64,000 nt of DNA from an uncultured delta proteobacterium (GCA_963769935.1 CAVYNY010000003.1:32001-96000); one strand, 5' to 3'. Shown: positions 49,083-60,139, numbered from the stretch's first letter. The notes: generated by a model not told the origin, from the sequence alone. Made by a program: numbers and translations.

Positions 49083-49865
49083 TCATTTATGCATCCGTAA
49101 ATTTTGCATCTCCTCCTTTAAGGCATTAATCTCAGCATGAATGTAACGTTTGATTTCCTCAACCGCTTGGGCCAGTGTCTCCACAGCGACAGCCACATTC
49201 GATTGTTCATCGGTGAGAATCAACTCTTCTTCGGCGGCAACCGCCGTTTGGACGGACGGCTCGGCTTCGACAATGACCGGTTCCGCTTGCTCTTCTTTTA
49301 CCTCGGTCGCTTCGACAATGACCGGCTCCGCTTGCTCTTCTTTTACCTCGGTCGCTTCGACAATCGGGGGTTTGGCTGTCTTTTTGGGCTGTCCGGCAGC
49401 GGTCTTGCCTTTGGCAATTTGAGTCCGCAATTCCTGGTATCGATTCATTTCGGCCCGCAGGATCTTCTTTTTAACATTCTCAGACATGTCCCCGGAAAGC
49501 ACCACTTTATCAAGACTGGAAAAAACCGAATTAAGGATCTTAAATGTTTTGGGGTGCGCTTTGGCGCGATTGGTTTTGATGTAGTTGCCCAAAGAGTTCA
49601 GGATTTGGAGGAATGTCGATACAATCTTATCGTGTTTGTAGGTTAGCCGGAGGTCTTTAAGCTGCTGCAGTAATTTATCCAGTAGCTCGTCGGTTATTTC
49701 CCAGTCAATGGACAATATTAAATTTTTCAGCTCGGCCAGGGGATAATGCTCTTTGAGATCCTTATCCTGCGGATCGTTCAGGGGGGCGTCGTTTTCACCA
49801 AAAAGATCATCCAGTCGGTTTTCAAGTTCGGAACTCAAGGTATCAAAATTTTTGGGATCGACCAA
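49083..49865 (-). CDS. Hypothetical protein (acidic linker, C-terminal coiled coil)
   Basis: LKNLILSIDWEITD motif; TTG start after an AGGAG RBS. Confidence 0.75.
   Translation of the reverse strand: MVDPKNFDTLSSELENRLDDLFGENDAPLNDPQDKDLKEHYPLAELKNLILSIDWEITDELLDKLLQQLKDLRLTYKHDKIVSTFLQILNSLGNYIKTNRAKAHPKTFKILNSVFSSLDKVVLSGDMSENVKKKILRAEMNRYQELRTQIAKGKTAAGQPKKTAKPPIVEATEVKEEQAEPVIVEATEVKEEQAEPVIVEAEPSVQTAVAAEEELILTDEQSNVAVAVETLAQAVEEIKRYIHAEINALKEEMQNLRMHK
49264..49364. repeat. In-frame 45-bp tandem repeat (2.25 copies)
   Basis: Encodes IVEATEVKEEQAEPV twice; one mismatch between copies. Confidence 0.9.
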
Positions 49866-49875
49866 TTGTCTTCTC

Positions 49876-50481
49876 CTATATCAAATCTTTTTTAATCGAC
49901 GCCACGGTCAGGGAAATAATTCTTTTCAACGTCGCGACCACATTGCTCCCCAACACCGCACTGGCCGGAAAAGATGGCGTCTTCAATTGACTGTTCAGGT
50001 CTCTTTCAAGGGTTTCCAAGGGCAAAAGCGGGATGCCCTGCTCCTTTAGATCCATTTTATTGTACTGCATCACAAAGGGAATTTTAAATATGCTTTTTTT
50101 ATAGGCGGCGAGATTCTCTTGAAGGTTCTTCAGTGAAAGAATGTTTTTTTCTCTCCGCACCGCCATGGCATCGGCCACAAAAACAATGCCGTCCACTCCC
50201 CGTAAAACCAATCTGCGGGTGGCATTATATTTGACCTGGCCGGGAACGGTATACAGTTGGATTTTTACGTCATATCCATTGATAATGCCAATATCAAACG
50301 GAAGGAAATCGAAAAAGAGCGTTCGATCGCCATGGGTTTTGACTGTGACCATTTCGGTGTTTATGCGCTTGGCAAATTTTTTATATATGTATTCCAGATT
50401 GCTGGTCTTCCCCCCCCTGCCGGGGCCATAATAGACGATCTTGACCTGGATTTCTTTATTCTTCAGATTTACGAATGCCAT
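49876..50481 (-). CDS. mglA: MglA small Ras-like GTPase
   Basis: KIVYYGPGRGGKTSN, DRTLFFDFLP, YTVPGQV, QYNKMD. Confidence 0.93.
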   Translation of the reverse strand: MAFVNLKNKEIQVKIVYYGPGRGGKTSNLEYIYKKFAKRINTEMVTVKTHGDRTLFFDFLPFDIGIINGYDVKIQLYTVPGQVKYNATRRLVLRGVDGIVFVADAMAVRREKNILSLKNLQENLAAYKKSIFKIPFVMQYNKMDLKEQGIPLLPLETLERDLNSQLKTPSFPASAVLGSNVVATLKRIISLTVASIKKDLI

Positions 50482-50547
50482 TAGAATGAACCTGATTAAC
50501 TCATATAACCGGATATCAGTTCCGAACCTGATAAAAGGCTATTAAAT

Positions 50548-50952
50548 TTACAGTGACAGAAGCGGTTCTAAAATGACCTTCAACTGTTCGACAGATTCAG
50601 ATACTTTCAGTCGCAGGAAGCCCAACGATATATCATTACCGAAAATGGTAATCAGCAAAAATTCAGTGGTGATTTTATTAAAATGGATGTTCTCCTTTTT
50701 CCCTTTGTGGAAAAGCAGCGAGAATTCATTTTCACCAATGATTTTGGCCATGGCACTCACAGCACCAAAATTGCCGGCTGCCAGAGCCGCCAGCGAGTAG
50801 ATATCATGCTGCTTTTCGCCGTTGTCCAAATTGGCGATGATATTACCGGCCATATCGATCAGGAAAACACATCGCACCCCATTGTCAATGAGATCCTGCT
50901 GTAAAATATCTTCAATACTATCGAGCTGTTTTTGACCAAGCGTATATGACAA
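50548..50952 (-). CDS. mglB: MglB roadblock/LC7 GTPase-activating protein
   Basis: SLAALAAGNFGA...IGENEFSLLFHKG...LGFLRLK; directly upstream of mglA. Confidence 0.9.
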   Translation of the reverse strand: MSYTLGQKQLDSIEDILQQDLIDNGVRCVFLIDMAGNIIANLDNGEKQHDIYSLAALAAGNFGAVSAMAKIIGENEFSLLFHKGKKENIHFNKITTEFLLITIFGNDISLGFLRLKVSESVEQLKVILEPLLSL

Positions 50953-51232
50953 TTGCCAGCCTCCCTTAAAAATTTAAAGTTGATAAAAATCCCATATCTT
51001 TACTGATTTCGGTTACTTTTAGCATAACTTTAATAATTTTTCATAATTCGCAGCGGTCAACCGGAGTTGGAGATGTTGGAAAACAGATCACCTGCACGCC
51101 TCAGGCCGATCAGACTTGCAGGCAACACCGAATTAAAAAAGTTTCAACAAAAGGATTTCAAACTGAAAAGGGAAATCACGGCTTATAGTTCTTAAATTAC
51201 AAAATATATTGTATTTTATCAAGTTAAATCTT

Positions 51233-53122
51233 TTATTTCCGATCTTCTGGGGCCGGCGGAACCGCCCCGTCAAAATCCATTAGAATCCGCAAATCCGATC
51301 CGCTGCTGACCGAAATATTTGCATTCGGAAAACGCTTTTTAAAAACACGAATCATGGCGGCATTTTCCCTCAGCACCGTTGCACAAAAGCTGCGGTAATG
51401 ATTTTCTTTGGCAATATTTTCAAGCAATTCAAGAAGATATGATGCAATCCCCAAGCCCTGAAAATCCTCGCGAACGACAAAAGCCACTTCGGCCCGGGCG
51501 TCGTCCTCCTGGGCATAGGTACCGATAGCCATAATTTCCTTGTGACCGCCCTTTTGCACGAGCCCGATGATGGACATATTCCTGTGATAATCCACACTTG
51601 ACCATTGTTTCTGCACAATTTCATGAGAGAAGGTTCTCATTTTATAAAAAAACCGCATGTAAATGGTCTTTTCCTGCAGGGAATAGAAAAAATTGCGATA
51701 GGCGAATTCATCTGAAGGCAGCAGGGGGCGAAATTCCAATGCTTTTCCGTTTTTCAGCTTCAGCGTGGTCTTATAGCCCTCCAAAAAAAGGAGGTCTTCT
51801 TTTGACGGCGGCAACTGGTCCGAAAATATATAATGCCGCTTTTTGGCCACCTCAATGAGCTCTTCGCGAAATTTCGGATGGGCGATCTGCGCCAGTTCCA
51901 TCACTCTCTGATATATTCCTTTGCCTTTCAATTCCGCTATGCCGTATTCAGTAATGACGAAATTGACGTCTCCCCGGGTGGTTGCCACACCGGCGCCTTC
52001 ACTCAGGTGCGGAACGATTCGGGATACAGTTCCTTTTTGAGCGGTCGACGGCAGGGCGATAATTGAAAATCCGCCCTTGGACATTGTGCTGCCGCGCAGA
52101 AAATCGACCTGATCTCCGATTCCGCTGTAAAAGAGATACCCCATGGAATCCGAACAGACCTGACCGGTCAGATCGACTTCCAAAGCGGAACTGATGGAAA
52201 TTAGATTATCATTGCGAGCGATGACTGTCGGATCATTGACAAATTCGGATGACCTGAAATAAAAAGCCGGGTTATTGTCCACGTAACGGTATATTTTTTC
52301 AGATCCCATACACAGGGAGCTTACCACCCTTCCCGGCAGCAGAGTTTTCTTTTTGTTGGTGATTACATTTTTCTCAAACAGGGGCAGCATCCCGTCCGTA
52401 ATCAATTGGGTGTGGAGTCCCAAGTCCTTTTTGCCGTCCAGGTGCTTGATGATGGCATAAGGAAGTTGGCCGAATCCGATCTGAAGCGTGGACCCGTCAT
52501 CTACCAATTGCGATACATAATGCCCGATCCGGCGTGATACTTCATTGTCCCGAACCTCAGGCAGGGCTTCCACGAGAGGCTCCTCATAAGGGACCAGCCA
52601 ATCGATTTCATCCACATGCACGAAACTGTCACCCCATGTTCTGGGCATCTTTGGATTGACCTGGGCGATAACCATGGCCGCGTGCTCAACTGCCGGTCGG
52701 GTAATGTCGACTGAAACTCCCAGACTGCAATAACCGAATTTATCCGGCGGACTGACTTGAACCAGGGCGGCATCGAGCCCGATACGGTGGGTGGCAAACA
52801 GCCGGGGAATCTGGGAAAGATAAGCGGGAATGTAATCGATTTTACCCTCAAATGCCGCTTTGCGCATGGAGCGACTAATGAAGAACAGCTTGAGTGAAAA
52901 TCGGCGTGTGAATGATTCATCCGCTACAAATTGAGACAGCGTGAAGGATAGCATCTGGTAGATCAAAATATCCTGCAGATTTTGGTCCTTGACCATGGCC
53001 CGGATAAGATGCTGGGGTTCACCACAGCCCGTGCCGATAAAGACACGACTGCCCCTCATGATCTTGGAGATTGCTTGATGCTCATCGACGACTTTAGACG
53101 AGTAGAGTCGTTGCCAGTCCAT
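51233..53122 (-). CDS. Acetyl-CoA hydrolase/transferase fused to a C-terminal GNAT domain
   Basis: GCGEP, GYCSLGVS, LQIGFG, GIGDQVDF, TEYGIA; C-terminal AEVAFVVREDFQGLGIA. GAGGAGG RBS. Confidence 0.92.
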   Translation of the reverse strand: MDWQRLYSSKVVDEHQAISKIMRGSRVFIGTGCGEPQHLIRAMVKDQNLQDILIYQMLSFTLSQFVADESFTRRFSLKLFFISRSMRKAAFEGKIDYIPAYLSQIPRLFATHRIGLDAALVQVSPPDKFGYCSLGVSVDITRPAVEHAAMVIAQVNPKMPRTWGDSFVHVDEIDWLVPYEEPLVEALPEVRDNEVSRRIGHYVSQLVDDGSTLQIGFGQLPYAIIKHLDGKKDLGLHTQLITDGMLPLFEKNVITNKKKTLLPGRVVSSLCMGSEKIYRYVDNNPAFYFRSSEFVNDPTVIARNDNLISISSALEVDLTGQVCSDSMGYLFYSGIGDQVDFLRGSTMSKGGFSIIALPSTAQKGTVSRIVPHLSEGAGVATTRGDVNFVITEYGIAELKGKGIYQRVMELAQIAHPKFREELIEVAKKRHYIFSDQLPPSKEDLLFLEGYKTTLKLKNGKALEFRPLLPSDEFAYRNFFYSLQEKTIYMRFFYKMRTFSHEIVQKQWSSVDYHRNMSIIGLVQKGGHKEIMAIGTYAQEDDARAEVAFVVREDFQGLGIASYLLELLENIAKENHYRSFCATVLRENAAMIRVFKKRFPNANISVSSGSDLRILMDFDGAVPPAPEDRK

Positions 53123-53409
53123 TTCTTTCCTCCTCTTGAGAATAAACGTCACGGAATTTCTAAAACTTCTTTCATTGGGGTTATATCAAATATTTGATTT
53201 TAAATCGAGTTTTTAGTCACCGGCAGGCATCAATCTGTCGCCCTGCATTACCGCGCGGCGACCGTTAATTACGGTTGACCATTGATGTCGATATTGTTAA
53301 CCTATTAGGGCAGGGATTACCTTCTTCTGGGTTATAGATCCGACAAAAAAGGTTTTGGAAAACCCGTTTAAGCCCTAAGTATCCCGGGGTGAAAATCTCA
53401 GGTGAGACC

Positions 53410-54174
53410 ATGAAACCGTCCAATTCATCGGGAATCTTCAAACCCTTTAAGAATTTGAAAGCACTGCTGGAGAGCAAGGCCTTCGAACTGCATCCGGCGC
53501 CAGGCAGCGTACGGGGCAGGTCATATGCCGACCGGAGCGATCGTCGGCCGGAGCATGTGATATTTAACGAGGCTATGGCCGATGTTAAAAAGATCTCGCG
53601 CGCCAATTGTGCGGTTGCGGCCCCCTTACCCAAAGCAACTCAAGCCGCTGTTGAGGGACCACCCGATGAGACCGTTGCTAAGCTCAAGAGGCTGATAAAA
53701 TACGGCACCGGTTTCGATGTATCCCTGACGCCGGAGTACCTTGAGGGGATAGCCAATGGGGTAAACCCTGAAGTCGCCCGCCGGCTCCACCGCGGGGATT
53801 TTTCGATACAATCCCACATCGATCTTCACGGTCTGCGTGTTCAAGAGGCGCATGAGGCCTTTGATGAGTTTCTAAACAAAAGCATTCTGACGGGCAAACG
53901 GGCAGTTCTTATCATTCACGGTCGGGGCCTGTCGTCTCCGGTGAAGCCGATCCTGAAATCAAAAGTATATCTGTGGCTTACCACCAGTCCCTGGCACAAG
54001 TGGGTCATCGCATTTACGAGTGCCAGAGTTTGCGACGGCGGGGCTGGCGCCACTTATGTTCTGCTCAGGCAAAAACCGCTTGCCAAACGGTTAAGAAAAA
54101 AAGATCGGAAAGGCAATGAGACAGAAAATCCACCTTTTAAAGAGAAACAGTTTCCCCGCCCATTCATTCTTTGA
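53410..54174 (+). CDS. Smr/MutS2-domain protein
   Basis: FNEAMADVK, IDLHGL, IIHGRG, GGAGATYVLL. Confidence 0.92.
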   Translation: MKPSNSSGIFKPFKNLKALLESKAFELHPAPGSVRGRSYADRSDRRPEHVIFNEAMADVKKISRANCAVAAPLPKATQAAVEGPPDETVAKLKRLIKYGTGFDVSLTPEYLEGIANGVNPEVARRLHRGDFSIQSHIDLHGLRVQEAHEAFDEFLNKSILTGKRAVLIIHGRGLSSPVKPILKSKVYLWLTTSPWHKWVIAFTSARVCDGGAGATYVLLRQKPLAKRLRKKDRKGNETENPPFKEKQFPRPFIL

Positions 54175-55459
54175 TCATCTTCTCAGAGGCACAGAGTACT
54201 TTCAAGTTCGCGAATTTGAGCGGGCCGCAGAAGAATGGGGGGCGGCCGGGTGGCTGAATTACATAACACCGGTCAATTTAAAGCGCCATAGTGGGCGGAT
54301 ATTCTGCGGCGGTTACATACATGAAGTTCCTTTCCTATTTTTTCTCTTTGCGGTTTATACCAATAAAGCCGATGGGATCGGAGCTATCAAGACCGACGGG
54401 ATTTGCAAAAACCTGGTTTTCAATCAGGGCCGACTGATACGTGCTGCCACCACGCTGCAGGCTGAAAGAATCGGTCATCTAATTGTGAAAAAGCATCCAT
54501 TATCTTCAGCAACCCTGGATAGGATGATTAACGACGCCAAAAAACAGGGCAAGCGAATCGGGCAGTTCCTGGTGGAGAAAGGATTACTCTCAGAAGATGC
54601 TCTGCGGGAATTCTTGATACAGCAGGCCGACCAAATTCTGGTTGATATTTTCCATTGGCAGAAGGGATATTTCTATTTTTTCGAAAGACCTATTATTGAA
54701 GATTTAATTGTAAGCTATGGCCCCCTGAATCTCACCCGCATTGCGACTTACAGCGGAATCAGCTTTACTGAATTTCGCCAAAAAATTCCAAATATGAAGA
54801 CTATTTTTCGCCTTTCCCCCTATGCCGAGATGAACAGGGAGGAAATCATGCGGAAATTGACTGATAAATTCAAGTTTATTTTTTCATTAATCGACGGAAT
54901 CCGAAGCATTGAGCAGCTCGCAAGATTCAGCGGCCTCGACCCAGCCACAACCTTGGATATACTTTACCGGTTACATACGGATGGAATTATCAGACAGTCC
55001 AGAGAAATTATTGAATACGAAGATAAACAATTCAGTGAAATATCAAATGTATTGGACACCCTGCTTGAAATCTATGCCTTTATCTCACACATGCTTTTTT
55101 TTGAACTCGGTGCAAAAGCAGTAGATGTCATCCAAGAGTCACAGCTGCTCTTAACCAGAATGCATAATGGCACATTCGTTGGAGTTCCATTAGAAAAACC
55201 GGAGGAAGTAACAAAAGAAATGATTTTAAGAAACATGGCTCATTATTATCCCGGGCCCGACACGCGCATTCCGTTTATCGAGGCCTTTTGTGCCTTATTT
55301 GAGCACATGCAGACGGCAATCGAGAAATATTTAGGAAGACAATTGGCCGAACAAGCCACTGGGAAAATCAAAACGGAAATAAAAAACATTGAACGCTATG
55401 CCAAAGAGACCTCATTGAGAAGCCATCTGCTCGAAACCTTTGATAAGATGGTTCAATAA
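54116..55459 (+). CDS. DUF4388-domain protein
   Basis: KNLVFNQGRLIRA, RIGQFLVEKG, IFHWQKGYFYF, LIDGIRSIEQL. Confidence 0.8.
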   Translation: MRQKIHLLKRNSFPAHSFFDHLLRGTEYFQVREFERAAEEWGAAGWLNYITPVNLKRHSGRIFCGGYIHEVPFLFFLFAVYTNKADGIGAIKTDGICKNLVFNQGRLIRAATTLQAERIGHLIVKKHPLSSATLDRMINDAKKQGKRIGQFLVEKGLLSEDALREFLIQQADQILVDIFHWQKGYFYFFERPIIEDLIVSYGPLNLTRIATYSGISFTEFRQKIPNMKTIFRLSPYAEMNREEIMRKLTDKFKFIFSLIDGIRSIEQLARFSGLDPATTLDILYRLHTDGIIRQSREIIEYEDKQFSEISNVLDTLLEIYAFISHMLFFELGAKAVDVIQESQLLLTRMHNGTFVGVPLEKPEEVTKEMILRNMAHYYPGPDTRIPFIEAFCALFEHMQTAIEKYLGRQLAEQATGKIKTEIKNIERYAKETSLRSHLLETFDKMVQ

Positions 55460-55508
55460 ACCGATCGCATGCCTTTCTATTTATTGATGGGTGTTGCCTG
55501 GAGGACCT

Positions 55509-55805
55509 ATGCCGAGTATTTCTCTTGATTTGACGTCCATTTCCCTTTTTGCCCTGTTAAACTTGGCAGTATATGCCGTCATTATGTTTGTATTCATCAA
55601 GGCCAGACGAAAATACAAAGGTGGTGTCGTCGGCAAGTCTATCCAATTTCTTATTGCCACAATCGGATTTTTTCTTTTGGCCGATATCGCCTTGTTTCTG
55701 ATTCCGGTGTCAGGGCTGCAGGTCGGTTATACGATACATGTCGTCTTAAAAATTTGTGCCTTGACGTGTTTAGCGATCGGCGGATTGAATCTTTTTGCAA
55801 GATGA
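55509..55805 (+). CDS. Small three-TM membrane protein
   Basis: Hydrophobic ORF with a GGAGG RBS. Confidence 0.7.
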   Translation: MPSISLDLTSISLFALLNLAVYAVIMFVFIKARRKYKGGVVGKSIQFLIATIGFFLLADIALFLIPVSGLQVGYTIHVVLKICALTCLAIGGLNLFAR

Positions 55806-55911
55806 GCTGACCCGAACAAACCGGCCGCAGCCCAGTGCGGATGCCGCTTGCGGGTTTGGAATAAATCGAGTATTCTATGAAGTTAGTTGAAAGGCTGCTC
55901 CCCGAAATGCT

Positions 55912-56526
55912 TTATGCGGCGCTGCCCTCCTCGAATGCGTTATATTGCACACCTGCCCGTTGAGCCCGATTAATAAACGAATCCGAAAACTTAACCTGCG
56001 CCGGAGTTTCTTCCTTCAAGTCCACCAGAAGCTCTTCAGTCATAATCGCCTTTGTTCTGCCGTTTTCAAGAAATATAATGCCGCGTTTATCATCAACCGG
56101 GAACCAAACTTCCAGGCATCCCGAAAAGCCTTCATATTGCAGTTTAATAATAAAATCACCCAGAGGGGAATATTTTGAAGAAAGGTTTTTATGAAGCAAT
56201 CTTACCGATAGGCCATAAGCTTCCGACAAAAATTTGATATTTTGCAGCGGCAACTGGGTAACTTTGATCGTGCCCTTTTTATCCTGTCGGGATCTAGCCA
56301 GAATGCTTCTGACGGCTTTTGAGCCGGTATTTCTCTCTTCTTCAAGTGCGACGACGCCGTTTATGACATCCCCCTGTTGAATAAAAACAGCGCACTGGCT
56401 ATCAGAAAACTCCAATTGCAGATAGCCGCTGAATTGCTGATACTTTAGAAACATCAAAAGTTCATCAATATCTACAAATGAGGTCTTCAAATTAACCCAC
56501 AGATCATTGCCTTCCAACAACAGCAT
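55912..56526 (-). CDS. Hypothetical protein (tandem DUF4388-like repeats; paralogue of 46117..47106)
   Basis: NLKTSFVDIDELL..LKYQQFSGYL and NLSSKYSPL...FSGCL repeats. Confidence 0.75.
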   Translation of the reverse strand: MLLLEGNDLWVNLKTSFVDIDELLMFLKYQQFSGYLQLEFSDSQCAVFIQQGDVINGVVALEEERNTGSKAVRSILARSRQDKKGTIKVTQLPLQNIKFLSEAYGLSVRLLHKNLSSKYSPLGDFIIKLQYEGFSGCLEVWFPVDDKRGIIFLENGRTKAIMTEELLVDLKEETPAQVKFSDSFINRAQRAGVQYNAFEEGSAA

Positions 56527-56630
56527 CGGTCTTCTCCCTCTTGAACAGACTTCCAAAGTTACTATCACGGGGCAAAGTTTAGTGTCAATATAGGGCTGTT
56601 GTAATTTATGAAAAAAAAATTAATAACTTA

Positions 56631-56659
56631 TTGACAAACATTCAATACAATCTTAGTAT
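56631..56659 (+). promoter_or_regulatory. Sigma70-type promoter upstream of fusA
   Basis: TTGACA-N17-TAGTAT. Confidence 0.55.
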
Positions 56660-56812
56660 AACGTCTTTGTAAAATCCGAGTAGAGTGTATAATCCCCCGT
56701 TCGGTAGGCCACCCTCGAATGCGGGATTTTTTAATGGGAATTTGTACTCTGAAACCTAAGCTATCATGGTGACAAGGCATTAGGCTGAATAAAGTTTAAA
56801 GGTAAAATTTCG

Positions 56813-58900
56813 ATGAAAAAAGAAATAGAAAAAGTCAGAAATATTGGCATCAGCGCCCACATCGATTCCGGCAAAACAACCCTGACCGAAAGAATTCTTT
56901 ATTTCACTAAGAGGATCCACGCCATTCATGATGTCAAAGGAAAAGACGGCGTCGGCGCAACCATGGATTCCATGGAATTGGAAAAGGAACGCGGCATCAC
57001 GATCGCATCGGCCGCCACCTACTGTGAATGGCTCGGGCATGAAATCAACATTATTGACACTCCCGGTCATGTGGATTTTACCATAGAGGTTGAACGCTCG
57101 CTGCGGGTACTGGACGGTGCCGTCTTAGTCTTGTGTGCCGTCGCCGGCGTGCAATCGCAATCCATCACGGTCGACCATCAAATGAAGCGCTATAAAGTGC
57201 CTTGCGTCGCATTTATCAATAAATGCGACCGCAGCGGCGCCAATCCGGACAGGGTCATTGCGCAACTGAAGGAAAAATTGGGCCATAACGCCGTCGCTAT
57301 GCAGATACCGATTGGCCTTGAGGCTGATTTTAGCGGGGTCATCGATCTGATTTCAATGAAAGCCTTGTACTTCGACGGCGAAAACGGTGAAGATGTTCGC
57401 CTCGAGCCGATACCGGATCATCTCATGACCCAGGCTCTCCAAAAACGGGAAGAACTGCTGGACGCCGCCTCCATTTTCTCCGACTCCCTGACGGAAGCTA
57501 TTCTGGAAGAAACGGAACTGACCGAAAACATGATCCGCGACGCGGTGCGGGCCGGCGTGCTTGCCAGGCAGTTGACGCCGGTGTTTATGGGATCTGCTTA
57601 CAAGAATAAAGGGGTTCAGCCGCTTTTAACCGGCGTCACCGAACTGCTGCCCTGCCCTGCGGATGTTGAAAATTTTGCCCTAAATATGGAAAAAAATGAG
57701 ACCCCGGTCCGGCTTTACACCGACAGTCAAAAACCGCTCGTTGCGCTGGCCTTTAAATTAGAGGATGGACCCTATGGCCAACTCACCTATATTCGCGTTT
57801 ATCAGGGTGCCCTTGCCAAGGGATCAACGATTGTCAACATTCGCACCGGCAAAAAAGTCAAGGTCGGCCGATTGGTTCGCATGCATGCCGACCAGATGGA
57901 AGACATTGCCGCAATTCAAGCCGGTTATATTGGCGCTCTGTTCGGCATAGATTGCGCTTCCGGCGATACCTTCGCCGCCCCGGGCCTTGATCTGACCATG
58001 ACTTCCATGTATGTGCCGGAACCGGTCATTTCGCTGGCCATCACGCCGGACGATCACAAATCCGAGATCAATATGTCCAAGGCCTTGAACCGATTTTCCA
58101 AGGAAGATCCGACTTTTAAAGTCTATGTCGACCAGGAAACCGGAGAGACTATCATCTCGGGCATGGGGGAACTTCATCTTGAAGTCTATATCGAGCGCAT
58201 GTTTCGCGAATACAAAGCCCGCGTGATTCCCGGCATGCCGCGGGTAGCCTATCGGGAAACAATTACGCGCCGGGCAGAGTTTGATTACATTCATAAAAAG
58301 CAGACCGGGGGTTCCGGCCAGTTTGGCCGAGTTGCCGGTTACATGGAACCGGTCAGCGACCATGATTTCGTCTTTGAAAATAAGGTTGTAGGCGGTTCGA
58401 TTCCGACCCAGTATATTGCCGCCTGCGAAAAAGGGTTTAAAGAGAGTATCGTCAAAGGCCCCAAGATGGAATTCCCGGTTACCGGAATTAAAATAACCAT
58501 TAATGACGGTGCTTCCCATGCCGTGGATTCCTCTGATATGGCATTTCAGGCAGCGGCCCGGGGTGCTTTTCAGCAGGCCTATCATAAGGCCGGTCCGGTA
58601 ATTCACGAACCGATCATGAAAGTGGTCGTGGAATCACCTTCGGAATTCCAGGGGTCAGTAATGGGCTCTTTGAACCAGCGGCGAGGCATTATCGTGGGAT
58701 CCCAGGATGAGGGGGTATTATGTGTGATCGAGGCTCAGATTCCGTTGGCTGAAATGTTCGGCTATTCAACGGTCATAAGATCTCTGACCCAGGGCAAGGC
58801 GCAGTTCACCATGGAATTTGCACACTATAAACAAGTGCCGCAAAGCGTGGCCGAAGAACTTGTCAAAAAGGCTGCTGAAGAAAAGAAAAATGTGGCCTAA
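56813..58900 (+). CDS. fusA: Elongation factor G (stand-alone)
   Basis: [51 protein letters not shown]. Confidence 0.97.
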   Translation: MKKEIEKVRNIGISAHIDSGKTTLTERILYFTKRIHAIHDVKGKDGVGATMDSMELEKERGITIASAATYCEWLGHEINIIDTPGHVDFTIEVERSLRVLDGAVLVLCAVAGVQSQSITVDHQMKRYKVPCVAFINKCDRSGANPDRVIAQLKEKLGHNAVAMQIPIGLEADFSGVIDLISMKALYFDGENGEDVRLEPIPDHLMTQALQKREELLDAASIFSDSLTEAILEETELTENMIRDAVRAGVLARQLTPVFMGSAYKNKGVQPLLTGVTELLPCPADVENFALNMEKNETPVRLYTDSQKPLVALAFKLEDGPYGQLTYIRVYQGALAKGSTIVNIRTGKKVKVGRLVRMHADQMEDIAAIQAGYIGALFGIDCASGDTFAAPGLDLTMTSMYVPEPVISLAITPDDHKSEINMSKALNRFSKEDPTFKVYVDQETGETIISGMGELHLEVYIERMFREYKARVIPGMPRVAYRETITRRAEFDYIHKKQTGGSGQFGRVAGYMEPVSDHDFVFENKVVGGSIPTQYIAACEKGFKESIVKGPKMEFPVTGIKITINDGASHAVDSSDMAFQAAARGAFQQAYHKAGPVIHEPIMKVVVESPSEFQGSVMGSLNQRRGIIVGSQDEGVLCVIEAQIPLAEMFGYSTVIRSLTQGKAQFTMEFAHYKQVPQSVAEELVKKAAEEKKNVA

Positions 58901-59246
58901 CCGAGTTGCAGGGGTCGGGATGTGGGTTTCTGATAAAACTCTAAGAATTTACTTTAAAGTTACCGTACAAGTTACTAATTTATATTAATTTATGGCAAAA
59001 TCAACGGGTTTTAAAAATTTGGACTCACAAAATTCAGGAGAAGCATTTGCCCGACCGGATCGAATAGTCTCAAGCACCGCCGTAATAATCAAATCTGAAA
59101 CCCAAGATAAGCTTCCGACGGCTCGCAGCCGGATCGATTTGCCGGCCGCCTTGTTAAAAAGCAGCCCTGCCGATGGACAGACTGCGAGTTCGGATCCAGC
59201 TAAAAAGCAGGTTGAAGTTATCCATATCAAAGAGAGGTATTTTACC

Positions 59247-59948
59247 ATGCTGAAAAAAGATCTTATATTGAGAAACCCACTGCGGGTGATGGGCCATAAA
59301 AGTGATGACATTTTAAGCGCCGGGGAGTTTGGTGCTGTGCTGGCCCGCGCGGGCGTTGGGAAAACAGCATTTTTGGTTCAACTCTCATTGAACGCTTTGC
59401 TCAGAGGTAAAAATGTGCTTCATATCAGTCTGGCAGATCCGGTCAACAAAGTCAGCCTGTGGTATAAAGAAGTCTTCAACCTCATTGCGGACCAGTACAA
59501 GGTGGATCAGATCAACCAGCTCTGGGAATCCGTTTTGCCCCATCGTTTCATAATGACCTTCCGGGTGGAAGGATTCAGTGTTCCCAAACTGCAGGAGCGA
59601 TTGGCCGATCTTACCGAACAAAACATCTTCTCGCCCCAGATAATTATCGTCGATGGATTCCCGTTTGACGACTCCGTGCACCAATCGTTAAGCGAATTCA
59701 AGGATCTGGTCAATAATCAGGGAATGCATGCCTGGTTTACCGTCCGCACCCATCGTCATGAAGAACCCGAAGCGGATGGAACTCCGCCATCGTTCGCTCA
59801 CGTGTCCGATTTGTTTGAGATCGCGATTCAGCTTTTACCGGTTGGAAAGGAAATTCATGTAAAAGCTCTCAAGGGAGGAGATACTTTTTCAAAGCATCTT
59901 GACTTGCGATTGGATCCTGCCACCATGCTCCTGACCAATCAAGGTTGA
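59247..59948 (+). CDS. RecA/KaiC-like P-loop ATPase domain protein
   Basis: ARAGVGKT Walker A, VLHISL, IIIVDG; ATG 59247 after a GAGG RBS. Confidence 0.75.
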   Translation: MLKKDLILRNPLRVMGHKSDDILSAGEFGAVLARAGVGKTAFLVQLSLNALLRGKNVLHISLADPVNKVSLWYKEVFNLIADQYKVDQINQLWESVLPHRFIMTFRVEGFSVPKLQERLADLTEQNIFSPQIIIVDGFPFDDSVHQSLSEFKDLVNNQGMHAWFTVRTHRHEEPEADGTPPSFAHVSDLFEIAIQLLPVGKEIHVKALKGGDTFSKHLDLRLDPATMLLTNQG

Positions 59949-59980
59949 ATTACAATTCCTGCAAGCTTTTAGATTTGATC

Positions 59981-60055
<75 letters not shown>

Positions 60056-60064
60056 ATAAAAAAA

Positions 60065-60139
60065 TGGAGCGGGAAACGGGATTTGAACCCGCGACTTCGA
60101 CCTTGGCAAGGTCGCACTCTACCACTGAGTTATTCCCGC
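60065..60139 (-). tRNA. tRNA-Gly(GCC)
   Basis: GCGGGAATAACTCAGTGGTAGAGTGCGACCTTGCCAAGGTCG...GGTTCAAATCCCGTTTCCCGCTCCA. Confidence 0.97.

Noticed and set aside
58992..59246. N-terminal extension of the ATPase ORF
   Set aside because: Low-information sequence; a better RBS and start are at 59247.
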